A stretch of 64,000 nucleotides of DNA, from positions 60,946,001-61,010,000 of the forward strand of contig NC_043000.1 of the NCBI RefSeq assembly GCF_006345805.1, given 5' to 3'. A program made the translations under genes and the position numbers. This document shows positions 41,800 to 54,630 of this stretch, in pieces. How positions within the stretch are numbered: the stretch's first letter is position 1; each line of letters begins with the position of its first letter. This stretch comes from Octopus sinensis. Lineage: Eukaryota. The notes below the pieces were generated by a model. The model worked only from the letters and a program-made list of their open reading frames with translations. It had not been told where the DNA came from and searched no databases.

Positions 41800-42495
41800 C
41801 ATCTCTGATCTTGCAGACTTTGCCCCACCAGACAAAACACCCATTGTCCTCAATGGTGATATTCTTGAAGAGGCTGAGAGTTTCAAATACCTTGGCACCA
41901 TCATTACAGCTACAGGTGAAGGTGAGGCTGACATTAAAACACGAGTTGACCTTGCTCGCCAAGCCTTCAACTGACTCATTGCACGACTCTGGTCAAGATT
42001 TGAGATCCGACACACCACCAAAGTACGGATCTACCAAGCACTAGTTCGAATGATTCTCCTCTACAGCAGCGAGTCATGGCCGAAGGAGTGAAAGATATTA
42101 AGCGACTAGAGTCCTTCAATCACCTCTGTCTACACCGCATCCTTCATGTCCGATGGCATCACTTTGTCTCCAACAATTCGGTGCAACACCAGTGCAGAAT
42201 CACCTCCCTCCGACAAGTCATCCTAACAAGACGTCTGCGTTGGCTGGGTCATGCCCTCCGTCGTCAACCAGAAGAATTCATCTATGAAGCAATTGCCCCA
42301 GCTCCCCTTCTGGGTTGGCGAAAGCGATGTGGTGGACAATGAAAAATCTGGCTGGAATAAGGAGTGGTTGGAGATCACGCGGTTGTTAGCCTCAAATCAC
42401 TAGGCCTGGTCAGCGTTTGTGAGAGATGCAGCATTGAGGATGAATGAAGCCAGCTCAACCCACCCTGGGTGAATGCTGTCTCAAGTGAAGTCAAG
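41800..42495 (+). mobile_element. 5'-truncated RTE LINE 3' end
   Basis: LNGDILEEAESFKYLG...ARQAF, KVRIYQALV, RRLRWLGHALR motifs; ends in a short CAAGT-type tail (caagtgaagtcaagt). Confidence 0.88.
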
Positions 42496-42858
42496 TTGCA
42501 GACTTATAATCAAATATATTACTGCTACGATTATTCCATCATTTTCGCATGTGCTCGCAGCCTAGAACCACTTCATTTAATGTGTTCTCCTCTCAGCCAA
42601 TGGGTGTGGTTTGAAGGAATTTTGGCTATTATATCTCATAGATTAATCAGATATGTAAAGTTTCTCTCACTGGCTTGTTTATACATCTATAGTCTCTAGT
42701 GGTGACAATATATTGGAAGAATAAAAGGTGGGTAGTTGGAATGCATCCAGTCTGTTGTATTCAGTGTTTGTTTCAAGCAGTGTATGTCTATGCACAATGC
42801 TTGGTTTCAGTGAGATACAGTAACTATTTTGTTACACACAGAGGTAAGAGTAAAGACT

Positions 42859-43160
42859 CCCTTTGATCATGAATGACTATGGTATTGCACCTGAGATATA
42901 AGTCTTGGCAAGGTTGTTTGTGGAAGACCAGCAGTTGCCCATGTATACCAGTTTTCTTTCCCTATGCCACCGATGTTGTCCAGGGAAAGGCAAAGACTGA
43001 TTCAGCTTGGCACCAGTGATGTTGCAACTCATTTCTACAGTTGAGTGAACTGGAGCAACATGAAATAAAGTGTCTTGCTCAAGAACACAACATATAGTCC
43101 GGTCCAGGACTCCCTACCTCATGAACATGAGCCTGATGTTCTAACCATTGAACCATGTGC
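42859..43160 (-). mobile_element. tRNA-derived SINE family D (Nin/Deu-like central domain)
   Basis: cttgagcaagacactttatttcatgttgctccagttcactcaactgtagaaatg. Other copies at 215-365 (-), 56022-56195 (+) and a tail part at 10010-10200. Confidence 0.8.
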
Positions 43161-44131
43161 ATACACACATTCACACACACACACACATACACACACACAC
43201 ATACATGCATGCATACATACATACATACATACATCTGTACAAATAATATTGAACACGCATACACAAGATATGTGTTTCGCTAGTTTGTGGGTAGGCTGCA
43301 CTTATGGGCATAAGAGAATGTACTCTCTTCAATGTGCCTGGTGTTAAAACACTTGGAAGTCATAGACAAGTGAGATAACTCCCATCAGGAGTGATAAACA
43401 TTCATGTTTCGTCATTTTTGTTACTTGTCAATACCACATATCTGAAATGAGGCCCTATGAAAACTAAATCGCTGTCTATGACTAATACAAAATGGTGTAA
43501 GAACCATCTACTGGTGTCTCACTGTTTCATACCACAGAAAAAATTCAGCTATGAGTTAAAAGCAGCTTGAGGGATATAAACAATATCAAACACACAAACA
43601 CACATATACATAAGGTATGTGTTTTGTTAGTTCATGGGTAGGCTGCGCTTATAGGCATAAGAGAACATATTCTCTTCAATATGCCTGCTGTTAAAACATA
43701 TATATCTGTAAACTGCTGAAAATGACACACTGCATTTAGTATGCATTCCCACAATGAATGAAATGATGAGTGGATCTAATGACTGACTTATTTAAACAAT
43801 CATCTGAGACATACTTTATACCTCAGATGGATGATAATGATTGCACAATACCTCACCAATGTACTACAGGGGTAAAAATATGTTGAAACCATTGTAGTGA
43901 TTTTAAATTAAGAATGTTGTTCATCCATTTTCTATCATCTATCTTTACAAACACTATAGAATTCCTGATGTATATTCTGTAGCAAGAGCATTTCCACTGC
44001 ATGAAGACATCTGGTTACTGATAATTGTGGATAAACTTTGCTTAGCCTACTACAAGGTTTTTATTCAAGTCTTATTTTCACGAATATTGTCTACCAATTG
44101 AGTTACATAATTAACAATGAATTAAATTAAT

Positions 44132-44232
44132 ATCTTCCTCTGAAGATCTGGTATTGTAATGTGATTATGCAGTCATCTATGTAACAATTACTGCACGACA
44201 CTAGTATACACTAGTGAAACATGTATAAAGAT
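44132..44232 (+). ncRNA. Degenerate hammerhead-like motif
   Basis: AUCUU(CCU)-CUGAAGA-U-CUGGU...ACUAG-U-GAAACAUGUA-(UA)AAGAU; palindromic ACAUGU helix III; helix II closing pair broken. Confidence 0.4.
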
Positions 44233-44322
44233 TATGTAATTTATAATGTTGTAATAAAGGGTTTAACTGAATTTCTTGTTTTTATTCTGTTCTTGTATAA
44301 TTAAACACAACACGGATGTTAA

Positions 44323-44374
<52 letters not shown>

Positions 44375-44393
44375 CAATATATATATATATATA

Positions 44394-46417
44394 GGCACAA
44401 GAGACCTTCTTTTTGTGGCTGGTGATTTCAATGGACATGTTGGACAACATGCAGGGAGCTTCCATGGTATACATGGAGGCTATGGTTTTGGTTCCCGCAA
44501 TGAGGAGGGAACCAGACTGCTGGAGTTCTGCGATGCAAATGATCTTATGGTTTGCAATACTAACTTCAGGAAACCTGCCTGTCACCTAGTCACCTATCGT
44601 TCTGGCAGACACACCAGCCAAATTAACTATATCCTCGCCAGAAAACGGGAAAGAGGGCTGCTTATAAATGCCAAAACCTTCCCAGGCGAAGAATGTATCC
44701 CTCAACATAGATTAGTAGTTAGCGACTTCAGGATTGGGGCTGAACAGATGCCCAGAAGAAGACCAGTCTGAAGGAGAAGGGTCTGGAAACTTAAAGATCC
44801 TGCAAATGGGCAGAGATTTAGAAACGTATTATTCGAAGCCTTTGATGAAATAGAAGGGGATATAGCATCACGTAATGTGGAAGACAACTGGAGGTTTCTA
44901 TGGGACAACCTGCTGAGAGCCACTGACCAGATCTGTGGCTGGTGCAAAGTCCCCACTCGACCCAAGGTAGCGTGGCGGTGGAACAATGTGGTTGACAGGG
45001 CTATTTGACAAAAGAAACAGGCTTAGAAGGACTGGAAGAACGGAGGTAGCAGGGAACTGTATCAGACTGCCTGAAGGGAAGCTAGGAGACAGGTCTATTT
45101 AGCCAGAGGGTAAGCAGATAAGAAAAAATTTGCCAATGTTCTGCGCCGTGAGGACCAAAGACTTGAGGTATTTCGTGTTGCAAGACAGTGTGTGAGAGAG
45201 AATCGTGATGTGGTAGGAGAGAAATGTGTTCGCATGGATGATGGTTCACTTGCACTAAATGAGGATGCAAAGAGAGAGGTTTGGAGACGCCACTATGAAA
45301 GGTTGCTGAATAAAGAAAATGAATGGGATAAAGAGAGTCTGCCGAATGTCGACCCAACAGAGGGACCAGCTATCCAAGTTGACAGTTCTTTGGTAGTTAA
45401 GGCAGTTAGAAGCATGAAGACAGGGAAAGCTCCAGGCCCATCAGGAATTACTGCAGAGATGCTCAAAATATCTGGCAGTGTCAGCTATAGCCTAGTCACC
45501 TGTATAGTTAACCAGGTGATGCACGAAGGAGTCATACCCAATGACTGGTGTAGCAGCATAATAGTCAACTACTACAAAGGTAAAGGTGATGCCCTAGATA
45601 CAAATAATTACAGAGGTATCAAGCTGTTGGATCAGGTAATGAAGGTTACGGAGAGGGTCATAGCCCAACTGATTAGGGAGAGAGTCAACTTGGATGAGAT
45701 GCAGTTTGGTTTCGTGCCAGGGAAAAGCACCACTGATGCCATATTTCTGGTGAGACAGCTGCAGGAGAAATACCTAGCCAAAGATAAGCCCCTGTACCTG
45801 GCTTTTGTTGACATGGAGAAAGCCTTTGACAGGGTCCCCCGATTCCTTACCTGGTGGCCAATGAGGAAACTAGGGATAGATGAATGGCTGGTGAGAGCTG
45901 TGCAAGCTATGTACAGGGATGCTGTAAGTAAGGTTAGGGTTGGCAACATGTACACTGAAGAATTCAAGGTAGAGGTTGGGGTCCACCAGGGTTCAGTCCT
46001 CAGCCCCCTCCTATTTATCATAGTCCTCCTGGCAATTACGGAGGAATTCAAGACAGGATTCCCCTGGGAGCTCCTCTATGCTGACAACCTTGCTCTAATT
46101 GCTGAGTCACTATCAGAACTGGAGGAGAAGTTTCAGGTGTGGAAGGAGGGATTAGAATCGAGGGGCCTTAGAATCAACCTAGCTAAAACCAAAGTCCTAA
46201 TAAGTAGGAAGGTAGACAAACCACAAATGCCCTCAGGTAGATGGCCCTGCTCGATCTGTAGAAAAGGTGTAGGTAGAAACTCTATAAGATGTACCCAGTG
46301 TAAGCTATGGACACATAAGAGGTGCAGCAATGTCAAAGGAAGGCTAACTGGGAAGATAGTTTTTGTATGTGGCAGATGCTCAGGAGCAATAAACACTGAA
46401 AATCTGCAGAAAACAAC
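44394..46417 (+). mobile_element. RTE-clade LINE fragment (AP endonuclease + reverse transcriptase + C-terminal Cys-rich finger), inactive
   Basis: EN motifs AGDFNGHVG, RNEEGTRLLEFC, QHRLVV; RT motifs QFGFVPGKSTTDAIF, FVDMEKAFD, GVHQGSVLSP, LYADN; CSIC...CTQC..W.HKRC...CGRC finger. Stops and a frameshift between 44769 and about 45110. Confidence 0.95.
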
Positions 46418-46505
46418 TTGTCTTCTACCATAGCCTTGGGCCATCCAAAGTTTTGTGAGTAGATTTGGTTGGCGGAAACTGAAAGAAGCTTGTTGAATAT
46501 ATAAA

Positions 46506-46541
<36 letters not shown>

Positions 46542-46782
46542 TGTATGTATGTATGTATGTATGTATGTATGTATTTATGTATGTATTTGTGTATCTGTGT
46601 TTGTCTCCCCACCATTGCTTGACAACCAATGTTGGTGTGTTTACGTCCCTGTAATTTAGTGGTTTGGCAAAAGAGACTAATAAAATAAATACTAGGCTTA
46701 CACAGAATAAGCCCTGGGGTTGATTTGTTTCATTAAAAGCGATGCTCCAGCATAGTCGCAGTCAAATGACTGAAACGAGTAA
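46418..46782 (+). mobile_element. 5'-truncated SINE family A fused to the RTE fragment
   Basis: Begins inside the CORE-like segment (tgtcttctaccatagcc) directly after LINE coding sequence; 3' end intact. Confidence 0.85.
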
Positions 46783-47434
46783 ACGAATCTGCTATAATAA
46801 TACTCTTGTGTTTTTCTCCATCACAACATATGAATGAGAAAGGAAGGGGTGATAGATGAATAAGGAAGGAAGGGGTGATGGCAGACTGGTAGTGGGAGTG
46901 TTTCAACTTTGTGTGAGTATATGTGTGTGTATGTAAAATGGAGGTATGTGAATGTTTGTGTGTGTGTGTGTGTGTGTGCAGTGGAAGTGGGATAGTGAAC
47001 ATTCAACATTGAAAAGAAAAATCAAACAGTGTTTCAATACGTGTGGGTATATGTATGTGTGTACAAGGGAAGTATAAGGATGTATGTGTGAACCTGTGTT
47101 CTTTCAGTGATAAATGATGATCAATGTCACACCGCAAAAGACAACCGCTAGATAACATTGACAGTGTATTAATTTGATTTACCATCCATATTTATATATG
47201 AAATATTACAAATAGCTATCATTTTTGACGGTAAGGGGCCAGCTAGTAAAAGAATAATACATATACATACATACATACATACACACATATATATACATAC
47301 ATAAGACAAGGCATAAATGATAATCATTACATACATATTTTTCTTTATTGTAGAAAATTTGAGTTACAGCTGTTTCCCACAGTCATTATAGGCTTGTTAT
47401 TGTTAGATTTACTCAGTTGCTCCTCCATATACAG

Positions 47435-47499
<65 letters not shown>

Positions 47500-49199
47500 T
47501 GTGTGTATGTATATATATATATAAAATATCTATATAGATAAGGATAAGATCGTTATTTTAAATAGCAATCAAATCTATTTCTTCAGGTTTAGGTTTTGAA
47601 AGCTGTACATTACATTAGGAAATAAAAGATAAAAGTCAACTTTGTGAGGATTTGATCTCAGAGAGTAGACACCCACAACAAATGCTCAAGGCTTTTCTAT
47701 CCAACAGTGGTTCTATCAGTAGCTATTTTCAACCTTCTTTTCTATGGCCTTTATACCTATGAAATATTTTATTAGTATTCATGTGTACTTCACAAATAAC
47801 ATCACATTTAATGACGAAAAATAATCAATTTTCTAATCACTAAACTATTATTTTGTTTTTAATTGAGTCACACCAGGTATTATGAATGAATAAATTGAAC
47901 TCAGTGAATGTGCCTTTCACTCAGTGCATAAAATGGAATTGTGAATTGAGCAAATATGCAGAAAACTGTAAACACTGAATTCAGCCATAACCATGAACTT
48001 AAATTCAATTAGTTCTTTGTTCCTGCTTTTCATTTAAGACCGTATTAAACATGTGCAAACCTTCTTGTTGGTTGTAATCCACAGGTCTGCCTATGGAGTC
48101 AGGTTATTTCTGGATTTTCTCTTGACTGACAGAAAAACGAAATGAATCTAGATAAATAAATATGTTATTGCAAACTGAATAACACATTTCTTGATCATAA
48201 TCACTTAAGGATTAAATCTATACAAATATCTTTTATTTGTTTCTGTCATTGGACTGCTGTCATGCTGGTGGTATTACCTTGGAGGGTTTAGTCAAATAAA
48301 CCAACCCTGATACAAATTTTTTTAAACCTTTTTAACTTTCGCTGAACTGCTATGTTACAGGTATGCAAACATACACTAGTTGTCAAGTAGTGATCAGAGA
48401 CAAACATAAACACAAAGACTCACCATTGTCTTATTGCTCTCCTTAGATGATTGGTAAATTAAATAATATACTGGATTCAATTGTAATCAACAATATTCAC
48501 CTTCCTGCAACTTAAGGGCATGCTCTAATATATCTTCACTACCATTTCCTCCTTTTTTCAACTGAGATAGCCATCTGTCTCCTCTACTGTCCTTCTATCA
48601 TACTATAGCATGTCAGGAAAGCTTTTTTGTTATCGTATTGTAGCACAGCTGTGCTATGGCAACACCAGCCAATCAGGGCTGGGTTTGTATTATTACCAAA
48701 AGCAGTTCTCAGCTCAAGAAGAGAAATGGGCATTTTAACCAGTTAGTGGGAAGACAGCCGATGAGCAACATCACTTCTCCAGTATGGGAATGGCCTCTTT
48801 ATTTTCACACCTACTTCATGCTGCTAGCTCTGAATAATATAAGCCCTTAACTCTGATCATATCATGAACAGCCTAGCTCATTTATACCAACTTTGCTCTG
48901 CAAACTTCTAAATGCCATCAGCCCACAACTTTGCCATATAATGAGCAGCACATTTTCATTTACACTAGCTCAGTTTCTCTTAGCTTATAATGACCTCCAA
49001 TTGAATCCATTTTTCAAACGTAAGCTTTCTCTGACTCATGCACATACACCAGCTATGTTCATATTACTTATCAGCTCTTGTTATCTTTTAATGAATTAAA
49101 ATGTTTGTATAAAAATACCTTCTGATATTTTCCTTATACATGTTTCTCAAAAGCTCACTCACAGGACCTTTCTATGAACATTTTCACTAAAGTGGTGTT

Positions 49200-49562
49200 C
49201 CTTTACCAACATTCTCTCCATAATACTTTAACTTCTCATCATCAGGCATAAAGCCACCTTCCTCAATACTGCTCTGTATTTGAGGGGTCTTGTCTTACAA
49301 GTTACATGGTGACCTCACTAGTGCTGGTGCCATGTAAAAAACCACCCAGTACACATTGTCCCTTTACCAATATTCTCTCCATAATACTTTAACCTCTTAT
49401 CATCAGGCATAAAGCCACCTTCCTCAATACTGCTCTGTGTGTGTGTGTGCAGTGGAAGTGGGATGGTGAACACACAGAGCAGTATTGAGGGGGTCTTGTC
49501 TTACAAGTTACATGGTGACCTCACTAGTGCTGGTGCTATGTAAAAAGCACCCAGTACACATT
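49200..49562. repeat. Local tandem duplication (~160-bp unit), second copy carrying a hairpin insertion
   Basis: cctttaccaacattctctccataatac...cacccagtacacattgt occurs twice. Confidence 0.9.
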
Positions 49563-50683
49563 GTTAAGCAGTTGGCATTCAGAAGGCATCTAGCTGTAGA
49601 AGCAAAGCCAAAGAATCTTGTTGAACTGATCAACTCATGCCAGCACGAGACATATGTTAAATAGTGATGATGATGACTAACTCTCCCCACACATTCTTAT
49701 CCAATGCATAAATAATAAAACAATACTAGAGTGGTGGTCATGGTGTGGCAATAATAGGAGATCATTGAACTGACTACCTTACAATATTTAGTTTCATATC
49801 TTTGTTCTCAGTTCAAATCTTGTCAGGATCAATTTTACTTTTGCATTTTTCTGAGGTCAAGAAAAGAATCCTTTAGAAATTGGTGATCATGTGCTAATGT
49901 GAAAGAATCAACTACCAACAGTCTGAGTTCAGATCCTGTCAAAGTTAGTATTTTCATTTGTCTTTTATTTTTCCAGGCTGAAGTTGGAAAGGTTGATCAA
50001 ATAAGTATCAGTCAATATAATTAACTGTTCCCTCACCCATTCCTCACCCCATCGTAATATGTGACCTTTTACCTCTGTTAGAAATCAATATTAGATGCGA
50101 TATATTTAGAACAGTTTCTCAAAAGCAAAACAGCAACAAAATAAAAAAACAAACAAAAATACTCCAAACCAAAACAAAACAACAAACAAAGAAATATAAA
50201 ACAAAATACTAGAAAACAAAACAAAAAAAAAGACCCAATTTGTAACTTATAATGTCAAAAAAATGTGATGCTTAATTACAGAAATTTCACCCCACCTCAC
50301 CGTAGATCCTTATATGATTGTAAATAAATAACGGAAATAACAAGAAAAACAAAATAAAAAAAAGAAACATATCAATCTGTGTGAGAAACACAGCAATTGC
50401 TCTGCTAGTTTCATGGCAGATTTGACATTTAATAAAAAATGCTATCAATAGGTTTTGATCTAATTTCCACAAAGCCTTTTATTTCTTTTCTCTGTTCCAT
50501 AGAATGAACATTTAAGGGGAAAATTCCCTTTAGGGAGTCCTATGACTAATCTTCATTGATTTTGATAAATAAAATACACATTTACACACACACTCACACA
50601 CACACATGCACTTACATACACACACATCCAAAAATGCAAACAGATTTGTGCATGCATTGTGTCAGTATGCATTTGAGTATGTG

Positions 50684-50724
<41 letters not shown>

Positions 50725-51532
50725 GGGGGGGAGGTGAAGAGATGGAGAAAGAAGAGAGAGAGGGAAAGAGGGGGAAAAGATGGAGAAAGAAGGAGAGAGA
50801 AAGAAAGAAAATGTGTGTCCATGCTTGCTTTGCCCCAAGATCTGGACCCACTCCGAAAAATAACTTGGATTGGATAAAATGATAAAAAAATAAAATATTG
50901 GAAAAAAAAAAGAATAGTACCAACAAATAAATAAATAAAAACTGAAAATACTCAAGGAAAAAATAATTAAGAAAAACGTTGGAGAGAAAAAAGTAAAATA
51001 AAAATCAATAAATTTCATTATTACTGTCATCATTATTATTACTATCATTATTACTATCTTTATTACTATAATTACTACTATTATTACTACATTATTACTA
51101 TAATTTTTACTGTCATTATTGTTTCTTGCAGACCAATGATGATGTTCTAATCAGTCGTGTTTCTTCTAAATGATGCTATTATTGGGCTGTTTTATTTTGC
51201 GTTGTAGTTATTGCTGTTATGATTCAAATGAATGTAAGGAGGAAAATAAGTTTGAGATGGTATTTTCAATGATGCATTTATTTAATCTCTATGATTCACT
51301 CTAAACAACTGCAGTGTTTGTCTGAGTGTTTATAAATTCTGATGTGCAAATACTTTGTATTGAAGGCACACTCACTCACATTGAAGGAAATTAAGAAATA
51401 TCAATAAATAAATAGATAAAGGAATAAAAGAGTAAATACTTCCTTCTACTATAAAGCACAAGGTCTGAAATTTTGTGGAGAAGGGCTATTTGATTACATC
51501 AACTTCAGTGCTCAACTGGTATATATATTTCA

Positions 51533-51923
51533 CTAGTAGTATCACCCAACATTGCTCGGGTTTGTTTTGACCCTTTAGAATTGGAATTTTTGAAAAGTAA
51601 AAAATTTTGCATTACGTAGCTTGTTATTCTCTTTAAGTGAACACTTTTCTGGTTAAAATACACCAAAAAATGGTGACACAGTAGTCAAAAAATCGTAAAA
51701 AAATAGGGATTTTCATAAAAAAACAGCACCTTTTTGATATAAATAATTTTTGGTCTTAACATGGTCCGATTTGAATTTTATCTTCTACAGAATGAAGAGC
51801 AATCCTTCTTCTGTCATACTCTCAATTTTGGTCAACTTGCGCCGCAGGTCTCGGAGGAGATAGTGTTAGTTGAAGGCTACCAAACCTGCCACACACAGAC
51901 AACTTCAGCTTTATATATATAGA
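51533..51923 (-). mobile_element. Non-autonomous Helitron (copy 2), nested in a family-B SINE
   Basis: Same A|TC...hairpin (cccgagcaatgttggg)...CTAG|T structure as copy 1. It interrupts a family-B SINE whose two halves flank it. Confidence 0.8.
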
Positions 51924-52089
51924 TTAACTCCAAACAAATGAAAGACAAAAATTGAGTATTTGAACTCAGAATGTAAAGCTGGAAGAAATGCCACTAAAAT
52001 TTTGTCTGCCATGTTAACAAGTCCACTGACTTGCCACCTTAATAAATGAATACGCAATGATAATTGATGTTGTTGCTGATGCATAATCC

Positions 52090-52320
52090 CAAGATAGTTC
52101 TAATGGAGTAGACCTGTGATCAAAAATATTCAAAACCATGATTATCTCATCTCTGTTTAAGAAGAAAATGTATCTAGTAATATTATTCTGGATATTATAA
52201 ACCCTTCTAATTTAAGATATTAGCATGTAATCTGGAGAGTGGGAAGGGATGGTGGTGCAGGAATATTGTTATATTTGGCTGTTATTTCTAACAAGTTAAG
52301 CAACCATGTGGAAGGGCTCT
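52090..52320 (+). repeat. Old interspersed repeat family G
   Basis: Motif atttggctg(c/t)tatttcta also seen, diverged, at about 760-850, 3775-3870, 8150-8330, 33060-33200, 40090-40290, 52440-52560 and 54350-54470. Confidence 0.6.
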
Positions 52321-52713
52321 CTCTCTCTCTTTCTTAAAGGTTGGTAATGTTTAGTATAGCCCCATGAATCTATGGTAGTAATCAAAAGATTTACTTCAAG
52401 AAAAATGAATTACTGGACACATTCCATACAAAGTCAATGCAGTAACATCTATGCAGTCAGTCAATCTGTGATAAATAGCAACCAAATCTCCCTCAAATCA
52501 CACCCTGCCATTTTAAATGGAAACTTTGGATAATACGGTCCTGGGTTCCCTGGAATGCCTTTGATAATACTGTGTGACAAAATAAAACAATTTTTTGTCT
52601 TTAGTCAGCAAGTGTTATTTCCTATTTACTTCTGTCTAGAAATTGAAGAAAATTACTATTATTCCCTTCAAGCATTGCTTTTGTGACCTGGACATCAATG
52701 TTTTGAAAGTGAC

Positions 52714-53934
52714 TGTTGTAATGTAATTTTTATGTACAATAAATAAGATAACCAGACAATAGTAACAATAATGTAATGAACTATCTCTTTACGAATCAAC
52801 AATCAATATTCCTTCTGACTTCACTGGGAACTAACTCAAACTTCACTCGACTCCAGACTCTGAACCTTGAACTCAGATCGTTACTATCTATACTTTACTC
52901 AGACCAGTCTATCTCTTGCAAGGGGGGCACTATAACTCTCATCACAACATTTCCCCTTTTCAGTTTTCAACAACTGTGAGAAAGTGGAATTTCTTTAATT
53001 TTTCTTTTCTTTCTTTCCAGTACCTCTCCCTCTTTCTTTTTTTTAGCTGTTGTATCTTAATTATTGCCCAACTTTTTAAGGTAGAATTGTTCATTGCACA
53101 CAACACTTTTCTTTTCATTGTACTAAGCTCATTTGTTTTTGTTTTGAAACTTTATCTCCTACTTCAAAATGTTTTGTAATATTTCTTGTATTTCCTTCAA
53201 ATGTATTTTTTGTCTTTCCTTTATATGTATTTTTCCTGGCAATAATTTATTGAAGATCGATTTTATTTTATGTGTGAACATTAACTCTACCGGTGACTTT
53301 CCTGAATTAGTAGTTGAATTTGGCATTATTCTATATACTCTCAAAATTTTCGTTAGGGCCTCATCATTATCTAGCTTGTCCCTAGCTTTTCTTAGAGCTC
53401 TTTTGAATGTGTTGACAAATCTTTCTGCCTGCCCATTTGACCTCAGGTGGTAGGGTGGGGTAAAGATATACTTTATGGCATGTATTTTGCAGAAATTTCT
53501 TAATTCATATCCCATGAATTGTGTTCCATTATCTGAAACTAAAATGTCTGGAACACTGTATCAAGCAAATAACTCAAGCAGCAACTGTACTATGGAAGCT
53601 AATAGGTCTTCAATCATTTAATAAATTGTATTATGAACAAATTGTTAAATAACCTACATGAGCTTTAAAACCCACGTTGTCAGATGTAATGTATTTTGTT
53701 ATGTACAATAAATAAGGCAGCCAGACAATAGTAACAACAATGTAACGAACTAATACATCTCTTTACGAACCACAATCAATATTCCTTGTGAACAAACCAA
53801 CTTCACTGCAAACTAACACCAACTTCCCTTGACTCTGAACTCTGAACCTTGAACTCACTCGGACCATTACTATTTATACTTTATTCAGACCAGTCTATCT
53901 CTTGCAAGGGGGCGTTGTAACTCTCACCACAACA
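52714..53934 (-). mobile_element. Internally deleted Gypsy-like LTR retroelement
   Basis: Two diverged LTRs (52714-52949, 53675-53934; TGTTG...CAACA ends, one end mutated), polypurine tract aaaaggggaaa next to the 3' LTR, flanks gtgac/ctgac (5-bp TSD with 1 mismatch). Confidence 0.85.
53159..53625 (-). pseudogene. Retroviral-type integrase core remnant
   Basis: ELFA*YSVPDILVSDNGTQF...TPPYHLRSNGQAERFVNTFKRAL...GKSPVELMF. Confidence 0.88.
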
Positions 53935-54630
53935 CTGACCTACCTATTTTCCATTACATTTCAGACAGATTCAATGCTGAGTTGCTGAAGCAGAAATATC
54001 GCTATAGCAAATATTCTGCTCAATACCACAGATTTGCTTGTCAGTTGCTTGACCATAACCTCTTGAGCATGTTCCTTAGTGGCTGACAGTGTGTACATCT
54101 CTGATCATGAGCAGGAGTAGTGCGGGGAACATCATAGACAAGTGTCAAAAGGGATTCTTTAGGGTTTGAATAAATATTGTAACAAAAGCAAAGTTTGAAG
54201 GAAATATTAGCCATTTTTCATTCTTTCCGGGGGTAAGTTAGTAGGAAATAATAGTTGCTACCCAAGGACAAAAATTGTGTTACACAGTGTAATTGGTTTG
54301 CTCAATCAGGGTTGATATTTGGCTAAACAATAACAATAACATTCTAGCAATGAATCAACAAAAGAAAAAAACAATACTATGCAATCATTTGATCTACAAA
54401 TAGATGCCAAATCTTGCTGAGATCACATTGTACTGCCTTTAAAAGGAAGGATACATTAAACAATATATTTGAAATAATTAAAATAGCAAAAATAACATTA
54501 GTTAATTACTAATACAGATTTTTAATCACTGCATAATTATTTGTACTTAATATATTAATGGTTTTAAAATCACGTAAGTTGACATTAATTACATGATGTA
54601 GTCTATTAAAAAAAATATATATATGTTGAG

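Noticed and set aside
43840-43905. GAAAC-CAUU-GUA with a UCAC/GUGA helix, hammerhead-like
   Set aside because: The CUGANGA core and helix II are not recoverable.
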